A stretch of 51,592 nt of DNA from positions 1 through 51,592 of the forward strand of contig DUOL01000037.1 of assembly GCA_012838875.1 (NCBI GenBank). The letters are read 5' to 3'. The notes beneath the pieces were generated by a model, which was not told the DNA's origin, made no database searches, and worked only from the letters and a program-made list of their open reading frames with translations. The number at the start of each line of letters is the position of its first letter. Within the stretch, counting starts at the first letter, position 1. The position numbers were made by a program, and so were the translations under genes. This stretch comes from Bacteroidales bacterium (GTDB lineage Bacteria > Bacteroidota > Bacteroidia > Bacteroidales > WCHB1-69). Below are positions 30,401 to 39,790 of the stretch, piece after piece.

Positions 30401-31233
30401 TCATAAGTAGCTTCTCCACTAAGTAAAAATCCTATTCTTAAAGGAGTTTTATCATTTCCTTTAAAAAGAGGTCCTGTAAGGTTGAAAGCTCCTAAGAAAT
30501 TATTATAACCATCTAAAGAACCCATTAACTCCACTGAACCGTGATAAACTCTTGATGCTCCTTTTGTCGTAATAACGGTAAAACTGGTACCGTCACCGTA
30601 TTCGGCCGGAATACCGCCCTGTATTAACTCCATTTCTTCAATTGAAGACATGGCTACCCCACTATTCCCTCGCACTTTAACACCGTCAATAATCATCTGT
30701 TGCCCATCAGGTCTGTTTCCGCGTACACTCATCACTTGACCGTCAACAGCGGAGACTCCTTCCATACTTGCTAAAACACTGGCAAGGTTGTGTCCCGGAG
30801 TTTGACGAACATCATCTCCCGACAATTTCACAGAAGCAACCGTTTTGTCCGCCTCAAAAACTTTCTGCGTGTACTTAACAACAACAACGTCTAAGTCAGT
30901 AGCACAATTCACCTTAACGTCAAGAAACTTCGTTTCTCCATCACTAACTTGCACTCCTTGTGTTGTAAATTTCGTTTTACAGGACATTTGCGCACTTGCA
31001 TCAACCTCAACATCGTAAACACCGGTAGCAATACCAAAAATTTGATATTCCCCCTTATCGTTTGTCAGAGCTAGGTTGATAATTCTATCTTCCTTTTTAA
31101 GATAAACGTTGGTATATTGCAAAGCCTGACCTGTTTGATCAGCTACTTTTCCTTTTATCGTTCCCGATTGGGAGTGAACAAAACCACTGAAAAGAATAGC
31201 AATTCCCAGAGTTAAGAGTAACTTTTTAAACAT
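27481..31233 (-). CDS. Oversized TonB-dependent receptor with CarboxypepD_reg-like N-terminal domain
   Basis: Signal peptide, then GTIKGKVADQTGQALQYTNVYL...GVYDVEV (carboxypeptidase-regulatory-like fold). A plug follows (MSVRGNRPDGQQMIIDGVKVRG), and the barrel ends in GIQFSF. Confidence 0.75.
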   Translation of the reverse strand: MFKKLLLTLGIAILFSGFVHSQSGTIKGKVADQTGQALQYTNVYLKKEDRIINLALTNDKGEYQIFGIATGVYDVEVDASAQMSCKTKFTTQGVQVSDGETKFLDVKVNCATDLDVVVVKYTQKVFEADKTVASVKLSGDDVRQTPGHNLASVLASMEGVSAVDGQVMSVRGNRPDGQQMIIDGVKVRGNSGVAMSSIEEMELIQGGIPAEYGDGTSFTVITTKGASRVYHGSVELMGSLDGYNNFLGAFNLTGPLFKGNDKTPLRIGFLLSGEATYDKDGYPAQGGTWRAKEETIDYLIKNPNRYVDAGGFPQIHKNADFITKDDLKLQRVRDNADNWGYLLQGKLDFVGGKRNEILFSVGGSYEYRKGKGWSIASALFNGQNGSESMNSTLRTHARLNHRVFTDTSGTARVKNVMYNLNVNYTYFNGWSRDARHKDNYFNYGHIGKFKTYKAESYEYQDITIDSIDYYGMYVMANIGYDSLVTFDGRNSSNPDLAYYTQNFVDRYSPEDVADAIGYNYNKTIYQMYGALLNGELPSTSYGLFSLPGVVSNRYSKSQFSQLGAKASLSLNIDNHELKLGYEFEKLTSRGFGLAPVALWTLMRQSANAHINELDLNNPIFVGYDTIRYNRYINTEAQTAFDRNLRASLGLPVNGDQWLDIDNYDPSTFNLGMFSAEELLVGTGGGPLISYYGYDYTGSKKNNKSTSIKDFFTLTDEYGNKTYSIGAYEPIYMSMWVQDKFSINNLLFNIGVRVDRFDANQSVLKDPYLFRGAYTAGEVKNEFVNPITNETLIPDNVGDDWIVYVNQKDGILDANNTSIIGYRNGSTWYDWQGHEIVDPETMLGANGGPILKTAIQEGGQGQALTKVHYEAFEDYKPQWSVMPRLSFSFPVSDNSLFAAHYSIITSRPTSLQLNPIDYLFIEKFGSSAGNIVTNPNLKPSRSIEYEISFRQKIGENSAIGLVAYYSEKRDQIQSFRYSGAYPSTYYSYANLDFGTVQGFSLSYELKRFKNVAFRANYTLQFAKGTGSSATSGLAIIASGQPNLRTLTDLSFDQRHSVGLWLDYHFGQGLDYNGPKGKRVNKQTNEVTEIRWFENAGISLNIAARSGTPYSRSSKAFSEYVGGTKSQLSGSINGSNKPWTFQCDIRIDKTFIFNLYGKNAKDKDGNTRGKKPGALTIYLDLLNVLNLKNIIYVYEYTGNPDDDGYLSAAEYQQQIKSQISQDSYYDLYSIRMKDPYNYTQPIRARLGIQFSF

Positions 31234-31338
31234 ATTACATTATTTTATATTAAACATAAAAATCTTCATTTTTTAAGGCGGTAAAAATATAAAAAAAAAC
31301 AATATTAATAAATAATATTAGATTTTTTTTATAAGTCT

Positions 31339-31794
31339 TTAACTATAAGGTCTTTTTAAAATTTCACTAAATATAATTCCTCTATAAAAATTCTCTTTAT
31401 TAAAATCTAACGCTATTTTACTCACTCCATCATCTCCCACAACATGCTCACCATCTTTGATTTCTACTATCTTATCACTTCTTATAGACTCTTCTTCAAT
31501 CAATAAATTCTCTTGTGACGAATCGGTGGTCTCATACGTAAAATAACTTTTTTCATCAACTGTTTCCGGTTCTGTCGACTCTATTGGCGATTCCGTCATT
31601 GATTCGCGCGTTTCTATATGGGGCTGAGTAAAATCGGGAAAAGGTGAAGGTGTGTCATACACCGGCGATTCTTCGTCCGACTGCGGTCCGAAAAGCGGAG
31701 GTGTCGACTTAGTCGCTCTTTTCTTACTCTTGTTAGGAGGAGTGAATAGAAAGTATATAATTACTAGAGCAAGAAGAATTAATAGATTGTTCAT
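31339..31794 (-). CDS. Small membrane-anchored acidic protein, hypothetical
   Basis: N-terminal TM helix (LLILLALVIIYFLF), a P/E/S/T-rich low-complexity linker and a short C-terminal globular-looking segment. Confidence 0.5.
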   Translation of the reverse strand: MNNLLILLALVIIYFLFTPPNKSKKRATKSTPPLFGPQSDEESPVYDTPSPFPDFTQPHIETRESMTESPIESTEPETVDEKSYFTYETTDSSQENLLIEEESIRSDKIVEIKDGEHVVGDDGVSKIALDFNKENFYRGIIFSEILKRPYS

Positions 31795-31816
31795 CTTGAT
31801 ACATTTTAATTATCTG

Positions 31817-31824
31817 CAAAAATA
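31817..31824 (-). promoter_or_regulatory. Bacteroidota -7 promoter box (TATTTTTG on minus strand)
   Basis: Matches TAnnTTTG 23 nt upstream of the ATG at 31794. Confidence 0.4.
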
Positions 31825-32047
31825 ATAAAAATTAGATTGAAAATACCTAATTTTTTTAGGATAAATTGGTGTAACATTATTTTTTATTGTTTTTTACTTA
31901 GTTAAACCTTCGTTTTTATTCTATTTTCCTTCGCTTAACTTTTACCTTTTCCCTGATTTTAAAACAGATAGCATAAATTATAAATTTTATATTAATACTT
32001 TTACTTTATATCACACAAAAGGGGAATAATAATTATATTTTTCTTGG

Positions 32048-32208
32048 GGGCGTGCCCCCTCGCTTCGCTCGGGGTCGGTCTCCGCCTCCAAGTCCGCAGG
32101 AAGGAGCTATGAATAGCATAGTCGAAAAAGGAGCTTCTAAAGGCGCTCTTTTTCTCCTTGCTCTTCAAAGCTCCTTCCTTTGCGGGCTATCCGGCTGCGC
32201 CCTCACGC
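32048..32208 (-). repeat. GC-rich structured repeat, copy B (full length, reverse orientation, most diverged)
   Basis: The reverse complement reads GCGTGAGGGCGCAGCCGGATAGCCCGCAAAGG...CGACCCCGAGCGAAGCGAGGGGGCACGCCC. It has the same block order as copies A and C, but with different stem sequences. Confidence 0.8.
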
Positions 32209-32378
32209 ACGCCAAGTTGCTTGTACAGAACTATTTAGGTCGAAAGTAGAGAGTGGAAAATGACCCCCGAAGAGGTAACATGATAATAAAATAAGTTTGG
32301 ACTAAAACCCTTAATATCAGTATAATAACGCCGTCCACGACTTGAAAGTTGCGGCAATTGTTATGAGAAAGATCTCCT

Positions 32379-32542
32379 GCGTGAGGCGGGAGGCGGAAAG
32401 CCCGCAAGGGTGGGAGACGCTGGGGACGCTGCCGCAAAAAAGCGACCAGCGGAAGCTCTTTTTGCGGCTTTGCGACCCCACGGCTACCGCCCGCGTACTT
32501 GTAGCCGTACGCCGACCCCGAGCGTAGCGAGGGGGCACGCCC
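32379..32542 (+). repeat. GC-rich structured repeat, copy C (full length, forward)
   Basis: 164 bp, the same length as copy A, running from GCGTGAGGCG to GAGGGGGCACGCCC. Confidence 0.85.
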
Positions 32543-32688
32543 AAATTATAATTATTATTAAAAAAACAGAAAATAGATACAATAACGATAGCAATTGCAA
32601 CGATTAAAAATATTTTGTCGGAAAACTCGTTTCTCTTAGATGTGTAAAATATTGATACGATTTTATTAATTAACTTAAAATTATTTTT

Positions 32689-34281
32689 ATGCTGAAAAAA
32701 ATAGGTTTTATTTTTGTTTTTACATTTTTTACGCTTTTTTTGTTCTCCCAATCTTTTACTACGCTTGAAGATTTTCAATGCACTTCGGTTACGGTTGGGA
32801 AAAAAGCATCAAAAGACGGGTCTGTCATGACTTCACATTCTGACGACAGTCATCGGTCGCGTACGGATATTTCCGTTGAGCCGGCTAAAACTCACCCTGC
32901 CGGCAGCATGCAAACGTTATATAAACGCACCACTGCAAAGCCTGAAAAGAACAAAATGCCTCGTTATGAAAATGTGGAAGTGGGAAAAATACCACAAGTT
33001 AAAGAGACTTATCAATTTTTAAATTCGGCATATCCTTGTCTAAACGAGGTACAATTAGCCATCGGTGAATCCACCTTTAGCGGTCGTCCTGAGCTTCGTT
33101 CCGATAATGGACTGATTGATTGTCCTTGTTTATGTATGCTTTTAATGCAACGTTGCTCCACCGCCCGCGAAGCCATACGCACCGCAGGCGAATTACTCAA
33201 AGAGTACGGCTGGATAGATGCGGGTGAATGTTTAACCATTGCCGACAAAAATGAAGTTTGGCATCTTGAAATTGTAGGTCCCGGGAAAGGGAAAAAGGGA
33301 GCCGTTTGGGCGGCACAACGCGTTCCTGACGATCATATATCCGTTAACGCTAACGCTTCACGAATTTTAGAAATTGATACGAAAAATAAAGATTACTTTA
33401 TGTTTTCCGACAACGTTTTCTCCGTTGCAGAAGAAAATAATTGGTACGACAAATCGCAAGGAGCTTTTCGTTTTGCTTACGCCTACGCACCTGAAAGCAG
33501 AGCTATGCTTGCCTGCCGAAGACGTGAATGGCGTGTCTTCGACCTTTTAGCACCCTCTCTACGCTTAGACCCAAATTCCGAAAACTATCCATTCTCCGTA
33601 AAACCGGACTCTCTCGTTACCCTTGACGATATGGTGCGTGTCTTCAAAGATTATTATGAAGGAACCGAATTTGATATGCGTAAAAATATCACCGTAACCG
33701 ACAGAGACGGTAAAACCGTCATTTCACCTTTTGCAAATCCGTTTATGAAAGTGGACGAATTAAAATTACATAAGGTAAACGGCGGCTGGCATGGCTTAGG
33801 GGAAAGAGCTATTGCCGTGCATTTCACCGTATATGCTACAATTATCCAGTGCCGCGACTTTTTACCCGATGAAGTGGGTGGTGTCTGTTGGTTCGCCCTG
33901 GATAATGTTGCTTCATCAATTTATATTCCAATTTACGGTTCTGTTACAGACCTTCCCGATACGTATAAAACTTGCGGACGAATAACCGGTTTTAGTAAAG
34001 ACGCTGCTTGGTGGGCTTTCAATAGATTAGGAACTATAACAGCTAAACGATGGGGCGATATGCATAAAGTAGTAGACGACGTTTGGAATCCTTTACAAAC
34101 TTCCTACTTTCAACAACAGAAAAAAATCGAAAAAAAGGCTCTCTCTTTGTTGAAAAATGAAGGAAAGTCAGCGGCGATTAACTATTTGACACGCTATACT
34201 AATGATTGCGGCATAGAAGTCGTGGAAAAAGCATGGCTCACCGGCGATTTAATATGGACCACCTTTGACGGTCGTTGGTAA
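32689..34281 (+). CDS. C69-family dipeptidase
   Basis: Signal peptide followed by the nucleophile context QCTSVTVGKKASKDGSVMTSHSDD, typical of Ntn-type C69 peptidases. The 530-aa length fits. Confidence 0.8.
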   Translation: MLKKIGFIFVFTFFTLFLFSQSFTTLEDFQCTSVTVGKKASKDGSVMTSHSDDSHRSRTDISVEPAKTHPAGSMQTLYKRTTAKPEKNKMPRYENVEVGKIPQVKETYQFLNSAYPCLNEVQLAIGESTFSGRPELRSDNGLIDCPCLCMLLMQRCSTAREAIRTAGELLKEYGWIDAGECLTIADKNEVWHLEIVGPGKGKKGAVWAAQRVPDDHISVNANASRILEIDTKNKDYFMFSDNVFSVAEENNWYDKSQGAFRFAYAYAPESRAMLACRRREWRVFDLLAPSLRLDPNSENYPFSVKPDSLVTLDDMVRVFKDYYEGTEFDMRKNITVTDRDGKTVISPFANPFMKVDELKLHKVNGGWHGLGERAIAVHFTVYATIIQCRDFLPDEVGGVCWFALDNVASSIYIPIYGSVTDLPDTYKTCGRITGFSKDAAWWAFNRLGTITAKRWGDMHKVVDDVWNPLQTSYFQQQKKIEKKALSLLKNEGKSAAINYLTRYTNDCGIEVVEKAWLTGDLIWTTFDGRW

Positions 34282-34285
34282 TATA

Positions 34286-34325
34286 TTTCTCAAAAGGAAT
34301 TGAAATTAATTGTATTTTTGAGAAA
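34286..34325 (+). terminator. Hairpin terminator candidate after the C69 dipeptidase gene
   Basis: TTTCTCAAAA and TTTTGAGAAA form a 10-bp stem around a 20-nt loop, 5 nt after the stop codon. The 3' arm overlaps a TATTTTTG box (34313-34320). Confidence 0.4.
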
Positions 34326-34453
34326 CTATTATCACAACCTATCAATTTACATAAAACACTAATAATCAATGGAATGAAATTTCAAAATCTACTTCTCTTT
34401 TGATTTCATTCTTCGATTTTAAAAAAAGAAATAACTTTAAATACAATTATAAT

Positions 34454-36229
34454 ATGTTCTCTTTGATAAAAAAACAAATTTTTACCGCTTTTATTTTCAC
34501 CGCATTCTTCTTATTTTCTTTTAAAATAGTAGCTCAAAACAATAGTTTTGCCGTTAACAATAGCAAAATGACGCAGTTTTTAAGGCAGATTGATGATCTT
34601 TATATTGACACTGTAAATTTTGACAAATTAGTAGAAAATGGTATTGTTGAGATTCTAAAGGAGCTTGACCCGCACTCTATTTACATTCCAAAGAAGGACG
34701 TTCAGCAAATGAACGAGCCTCTACAAGGTTCATTTGACGGGATAGGTGTTACTTTTCAGCTTATTAAAGACACTATTAACATTACCGAAGTAATTGTCAA
34801 CGGACCGTCAGAAAAGGTGGGGCTCTTAGCAGGGGATAAAATCATTAAGGTTGACAGCTTAGATGCAACCGGAAAAAAAATCAACAATAAGTGGGTACAA
34901 ACGCATTTACGTGGGAAGAAAGGGACAAAAGTGGTTGTTTTAGTCAAAAGAGGAAAAAATAAAACCCCGCTTGAGTTCACGATTATTCGCGACAAAATCC
35001 CTATGAATAGCATCAATGTTGCTTTTATGGTTGATTCTGTAACGGGTTACATTAGATTAGAACGATTTGCACAGACCTCGCCCAGAGAATTTAGAGAAGC
35101 TATAGGAAAGCTAAAAAGCGAGGGATTAAAAAATCTCATTTTCGATTTACGGGGTAATGGTGGCGGTTATTTAGATGCCGCTTTTAAAATTTCCGATGAG
35201 TTTATAAAGAAAGATTTGATGATTGTCTACACCGATAATTTCAGAAAAACAGGACAATCTTTTCGAGCCACAGAAGTTGGAAATTTTGAAAATGGGAAGT
35301 TAATTATTTTAGTTGACGAGGGGTCGGCTTCAGCGAGTGAAATTGTCTCCGGTGCCGTACAAGACTGGGACAGAGGTATCATTATGGGACGAAGAACATT
35401 CGGAAAGGGACTCGTGCAAAAACCGATTTATCTCCTCGACCAATCGATGATAAGATTGACAATTTCCAATTATTACACCCCTACCGGCAGATGTATTCAA
35501 AAACCGTATAATGACGGATTAAATAACTACTTCCGCGAACTTCAAAATCGTCAAAAGCACGGAGAATTTTTAAATGCCGATAGCATCTCTTTTCCCGATT
35601 CTCTCAAATATACAACCCCGCGAGGTAGAATTGTTTATGGAGGAGGCGGAATTATGCCCGATATTTTCGTTCCAATAGATACAAGTAAATACTCTTCATT
35701 TTTTAATGAAATGATACGAAAAGGTGCCTTCGGTGAATTTACCATGGAATATATGGAAAAACATCGTGATGAGTTGAAAAAGGAATATCCGACTTTTATT
35801 GACTATAAAAACAACTTCAATATCTCCGATAAAATGTATGACGAGTTCATGACTTTTGTCAAAGGGAAAGGTATTGCCGATACAGTAGCTTTTAATTTTG
35901 CTAAAAAAGTTGAAACTTTTGGACGAACCGAAAAAAAGAAATTAGATTCTCTCTTTACAACATTGGAGACTTTTGAACGAAAAAAAGAACAATTTGAAGA
36001 TCTATTAACGGATTATCTCAAAACTTCTTACGAGGAAGCAATAAAATTGAGAAATCTCTCTAAGGTTCCTGAGTTCACGAAAGAGTATCTTAAATTTGAA
36101 ATTGGACGTACTCTTTACAGCTATGGACAGGCATACGAAATTTTCCTTTTGAGTGACGATACTTTTTTACAAGCCTATAAAGCAATTAAAGACGATAGTT
36201 TATTTAAAAAATACAATGTAGATTTATAA
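34454..36229 (+). CDS. ctp: S41-family C-terminal processing peptidase
   Basis: PDZ-like region (GPSEKVGLLAGDKIIKVD) plus S41 motifs (DLRGNGGGYLDAA, VDEGSASASEIVSGA). The ATG at 34454 (MFSLIKKQIF...) gives a signal peptide. Confidence 0.85.
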   Translation: MFSLIKKQIFTAFIFTAFFLFSFKIVAQNNSFAVNNSKMTQFLRQIDDLYIDTVNFDKLVENGIVEILKELDPHSIYIPKKDVQQMNEPLQGSFDGIGVTFQLIKDTINITEVIVNGPSEKVGLLAGDKIIKVDSLDATGKKINNKWVQTHLRGKKGTKVVVLVKRGKNKTPLEFTIIRDKIPMNSINVAFMVDSVTGYIRLERFAQTSPREFREAIGKLKSEGLKNLIFDLRGNGGGYLDAAFKISDEFIKKDLMIVYTDNFRKTGQSFRATEVGNFENGKLIILVDEGSASASEIVSGAVQDWDRGIIMGRRTFGKGLVQKPIYLLDQSMIRLTISNYYTPTGRCIQKPYNDGLNNYFRELQNRQKHGEFLNADSISFPDSLKYTTPRGRIVYGGGGIMPDIFVPIDTSKYSSFFNEMIRKGAFGEFTMEYMEKHRDELKKEYPTFIDYKNNFNISDKMYDEFMTFVKGKGIADTVAFNFAKKVETFGRTEKKKLDSLFTTLETFERKKEQFEDLLTDYLKTSYEEAIKLRNLSKVPEFTKEYLKFEIGRTLYSYGQAYEIFLLSDDTFLQAYKAIKDDSLFKKYNVDL

Positions 36230-38188
36230 ATGATATCCAGACAAACTATTGATGAGATTCTTCTTGTTGCTAAAATTGAAGATGTAGTACAAGATTTTGT
36301 CGCTTTGAAAAAGAGGGGACAAAATTGGGTAGGTCTCTGTCCTTTTCATGATGATAGAAATCCGTCAATGTATGTTAGTCCTCGTCTTGGAATTTATAAA
36401 TGTTTTGTTTGTAATGCAGGAGGGAATGCCGTTAATTTTTTAATGGAATATGAAAAAATCTCCTATCCCGAAGCTCTCCGTTATTTAGCTAAGAAGTATA
36501 ATATTCAAATTCAGGAAGAGCGTGAATTGAGTGATGAGGAAATGTTAGAGAAGACAGAAAAAGATTCTCTTTTTGCGCTCAATGCCTTTGCCGAAAACTA
36601 TTTTGTTGAACAGATGCATAATACTGAAACAGGACAAGCTATCGCTCTCTCCTATTTTAAAGAACGCGGTTACAATAATGCTACTATTCAACATTTTAGA
36701 TTAGGTTATAATCCTGATGAATGGGATGCTTTCACCCAAGAGGCAATTAAAAACGGCTACAAAATCGACCATCTTTTAAAAGTTGGACTTACAAAAAAAA
36801 CTGAAAATAATAAACTTTTTGATTTTTACAGAGGGCGTGTTATTTTTCCGATTCATAACACCATGGGAAAAATAGTCGGCTTCGGAGGACGTACCCTTAA
36901 AAAGGATGACAAAATTGCCAAATATTTCAACTCGCCGGAAAGTGAAATCTACCATAAAAGCAATATTCTCTATGGATTTTATTTTGCAAAAAAAGCAATC
37001 AGAGCGAAAGATAATGTCTATTTAGTTGAAGGATATACAGATGTTATTTCTCTTTATCAAGCCGGTATTCAAAACGTTGTTGCCTCTTCCGGGACGGCAT
37101 TAACCGAAGGACAAATCAAGATTATCCTATCACAAACACAGAATATTACGATTCTTTATGACGGCGATAAAGCGGGCATCAAAGCGGCTTTACGCGGCGT
37201 TGATATGCTGCTGCCAACGGGATTGAACGTACAAGTTGTTCTTTTACCGGACGGCGAAGACCCCGACTCCTTTGTAAAAAACAAAAGAGACTCTGAAGTA
37301 GCTGATTATCTTGAAAATAATGCAGTTAATTTTCTATTGTTCAAGGCTGAATTACTCTCAAAAGAAGCCGGAAAAGACCCGATTAAAAGAGCTGAAGTGG
37401 TTTCTGAAATTGTCGAAAACATTGCAGAAATTAGAGATAATCTCGTCCGTGCCTTTTATATTAAAGAGTGTGCCAATCTCTTTCAAATAGAGGAAAATAC
37501 TTTGAACGTGCAACTGCGAAAAATCGTTTGGAGAAAACTTCAAAAAAGAGATAAAAATAGTAAACCCGAAGTTTTACCACAGACTATAACAACGCCAACT
37601 CCACAAAAAAAAGAATTTGAAGAGAACTTACTCAATATCATTGAAAAAGATATTATTCTGCTTATTCTCAAATACGGAATGTATGAAATTGCTGTAGAAA
37701 AAGATTCGGACTATTCTATAATGCGTATTGACCAATATATCTTCAATGAATTTCACGAAGATGAAATATATTTTAGTCAACCGTTTTTCCAAACTCTATA
37801 CGAAGAGTACGCTCTTATTGCCTCCGTAGCTAGAAATCAAGACGAAATTAAACGTTATTTCTCTCAACATGAAAACCAAGAAATCCAGCAATTTGTTATT
37901 CCCTATTTTTTAAGTCCTTCTCCTAGTTTTAGTGAAGAATGGGAAAAACGTTTTGACGTATTTACACACAGTAGCACCAATAATATTGAGAAGTTAAACG
38001 GAGAAATTATTGACCATATCAACATGTTCAAATTACGTATTATTGAAAATTACAGGAAATTATTGGATGTTGAACTTAAAGCCGAACATGACTCTGAGAC
38101 AACGACAATTATTTTAGAAAAATATATGAAAGTTATTCAACGAAGAAATGAATTAGCTGATTTATTGGGCATCGTTATCACAAAATAA
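36230..38188 (+). CDS. dnaG: DNA primase
   Basis: CHC2 zinc finger (CPFHDDRNPSMYVSPRLGIYKCFVC) and TOPRIM (LVEGYTDVISLYQAG, YDGDKAG). Confidence 0.93.
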   Translation: MISRQTIDEILLVAKIEDVVQDFVALKKRGQNWVGLCPFHDDRNPSMYVSPRLGIYKCFVCNAGGNAVNFLMEYEKISYPEALRYLAKKYNIQIQEERELSDEEMLEKTEKDSLFALNAFAENYFVEQMHNTETGQAIALSYFKERGYNNATIQHFRLGYNPDEWDAFTQEAIKNGYKIDHLLKVGLTKKTENNKLFDFYRGRVIFPIHNTMGKIVGFGGRTLKKDDKIAKYFNSPESEIYHKSNILYGFYFAKKAIRAKDNVYLVEGYTDVISLYQAGIQNVVASSGTALTEGQIKIILSQTQNITILYDGDKAGIKAALRGVDMLLPTGLNVQVVLLPDGEDPDSFVKNKRDSEVADYLENNAVNFLLFKAELLSKEAGKDPIKRAEVVSEIVENIAEIRDNLVRAFYIKECANLFQIEENTLNVQLRKIVWRKLQKRDKNSKPEVLPQTITTPTPQKKEFEENLLNIIEKDIILLILKYGMYEIAVEKDSDYSIMRIDQYIFNEFHEDEIYFSQPFFQTLYEEYALIASVARNQDEIKRYFSQHENQEIQQFVIPYFLSPSPSFSEEWEKRFDVFTHSSTNNIEKLNGEIIDHINMFKLRIIENYRKLLDVELKAEHDSETTTIILEKYMKVIQRRNELADLLGIVITK

Positions 38189-38198
38189 ATGAAATAAT

Positions 38199-39677
38199 AT
38201 GAAAAACAAATTAGTCGTACATAATACTTTAACGAAGAAAAAAGAGCTATTTACACCTATTCACAAAGATTATGTGGGTTTATATGTTTGCGGTCCGACT
38301 GTTTACGGAGAACCTCATTTAGGACATGCACGTCCCGCAGTTACTTTTGATTTAATATTCAGATATTTACAACATTTAGGTTATAAGGTACGCTACGTCC
38401 GCAATATTACCGATGTAGGGCATTTAGAAAATGATGCGGACGAAGGTGAAGATAAAATTGCTAAAAAAGCCCGTTTAGAACAACTTGAGCCGATGGAAGT
38501 TGCTCAATTTTACATTGACAGCTATCATATTGCGATGGACATGCTTAATGTAAAACGTCCTTCCATTGAGCCTCGTGCTTCCGGACATATCATTGAACAA
38601 ATTGAGATGATTCAAAAAATTCTCGATAAAGGTTATGCGTATGTTTCAGAAGGCTCGGTCTATTTTGATGTAGAAAAGTTTGATAAAAATTACGGCTACG
38701 GCAAGCTGTCCGGACGTGTATTAGAAGAGCTTTTTTCTAATACAAGAACACTTGACGGACAAGATGAAAAACGAAATCCCGCCGATTTTGCACTCTGGAA
38801 AAAAGCAACTCCTGAACATATAATGAAATGGAGTTCCCCTTGGAGCGTAGGTTTTCCGGGTTGGCATATAGAATGTACGGCGATGAGCACCAAGTACTTA
38901 GGCGAACATTTCGATATTCACGGAGGCGGGATGGATTTACTCTTTCCACATCATGAATCCGAAATCTGTCAAAGTACGATTGCTAACGGCGTTGAATCAG
39001 TGAAATATTGGCTACACAATAATATGATTACTATTAACGGTCAAAAAATGGGTAAATCCTTAGGAAATTTCATTACGTTAAATGAATTTTTCACAGGTAA
39101 TCATGCCCTATTAGAGAAAAAATACTCCCCCATGACGATTCGTTTTTTCTTACTACAAGCTCATTATCGAGGGACACTTGATTTCTCTAACGAAGCGTTA
39201 ATAGCTGCCGAAAAAGGCATGAACAAATTATATGCGGCATTTGAGACATTAAGCCGCTTAAAAATCAATGATACTCCTACTGAAAAAGCTCATCTTGATT
39301 GGGTTGAACGATGCTACGAAGCTATGAATGATGATTTTAACAGCCCCAAAGTTATTGCCGAACTTTTTGAAGCCACGCGACTTATCAATTTAGCACAACA
39401 AGGAGCAATTCACTTTAATCATGAAGAAATAACCGAATTTAAAAGAAATTTTGAGCTTTTCTTTTTTGATATTTTGGGTATGAAACGTGAAAATGCCGAA
39501 AACAACAACCAAGATTTAGTTGAACAACTGATGCAACTAATTTTACAAATTCGTCAACAAGCCAAAACAGATAAAAATTGGGAAATCGCAGACGCTATCC
39601 GTCAACAACTCAACACAATTGGAATTACTGTAAAAGATACTAAAGAGGGGGCTACTTGGGAAAAAGATGTTAACTAA
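38199..39677 (+). CDS. cysS: Cysteine--tRNA ligase
   Basis: HIGH-type motif (PHLGHARP), KMSKS-type motif (KMGKSLGN) and WHIECTAMS. Confidence 0.93.
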   Translation: MKNKLVVHNTLTKKKELFTPIHKDYVGLYVCGPTVYGEPHLGHARPAVTFDLIFRYLQHLGYKVRYVRNITDVGHLENDADEGEDKIAKKARLEQLEPMEVAQFYIDSYHIAMDMLNVKRPSIEPRASGHIIEQIEMIQKILDKGYAYVSEGSVYFDVEKFDKNYGYGKLSGRVLEELFSNTRTLDGQDEKRNPADFALWKKATPEHIMKWSSPWSVGFPGWHIECTAMSTKYLGEHFDIHGGGMDLLFPHHESEICQSTIANGVESVKYWLHNNMITINGQKMGKSLGNFITLNEFFTGNHALLEKKYSPMTIRFFLLQAHYRGTLDFSNEALIAAEKGMNKLYAAFETLSRLKINDTPTEKAHLDWVERCYEAMNDDFNSPKVIAELFEATRLINLAQQGAIHFNHEEITEFKRNFELFFFDILGMKRENAENNNQDLVEQLMQLILQIRQQAKTDKNWEIADAIRQQLNTIGITVKDTKEGATWEKDVN

Positions 39678-39753
39678 TTTTTCAAATGTAACTCTTTTAC
39701 ATAATAATTTGAATATTTTTTTTCAAAAAACGAATATCATGTTAATTTTTCAC

Positions 39754-39761
39754 TATTTTTG
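39754..39761 (+). promoter_or_regulatory. Bacteroidota -7 promoter box (TATTTTTG)
   Basis: Matches TAnnTTTG 30 nt upstream of the ATG at 39791. Confidence 0.4.
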
Positions 39762-39790
39762 CAGTGAGAAGTATTAAAATAGAGCATAAT

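Noticed and set aside
32379-32542. Resemblance of repeat segments to known ribozyme or intron pieces, such as the AAGCCCG stretch of twister-like cores or an AGCCGTAC stretch like group II intron domain V.
   Set aside because: Only short chance-level matches are present. The required surrounding helices, pseudoknots and conserved nucleotides are not present.
34313-34320. A TATTTTTG box as the promoter of the S41 peptidase gene.
   Set aside because: It lies 134 nt upstream of the ATG at 34454 and inside the 3' arm of the putative terminator hairpin. A chance match is plausible in AT-rich sequence, so I did not list it as a feature.
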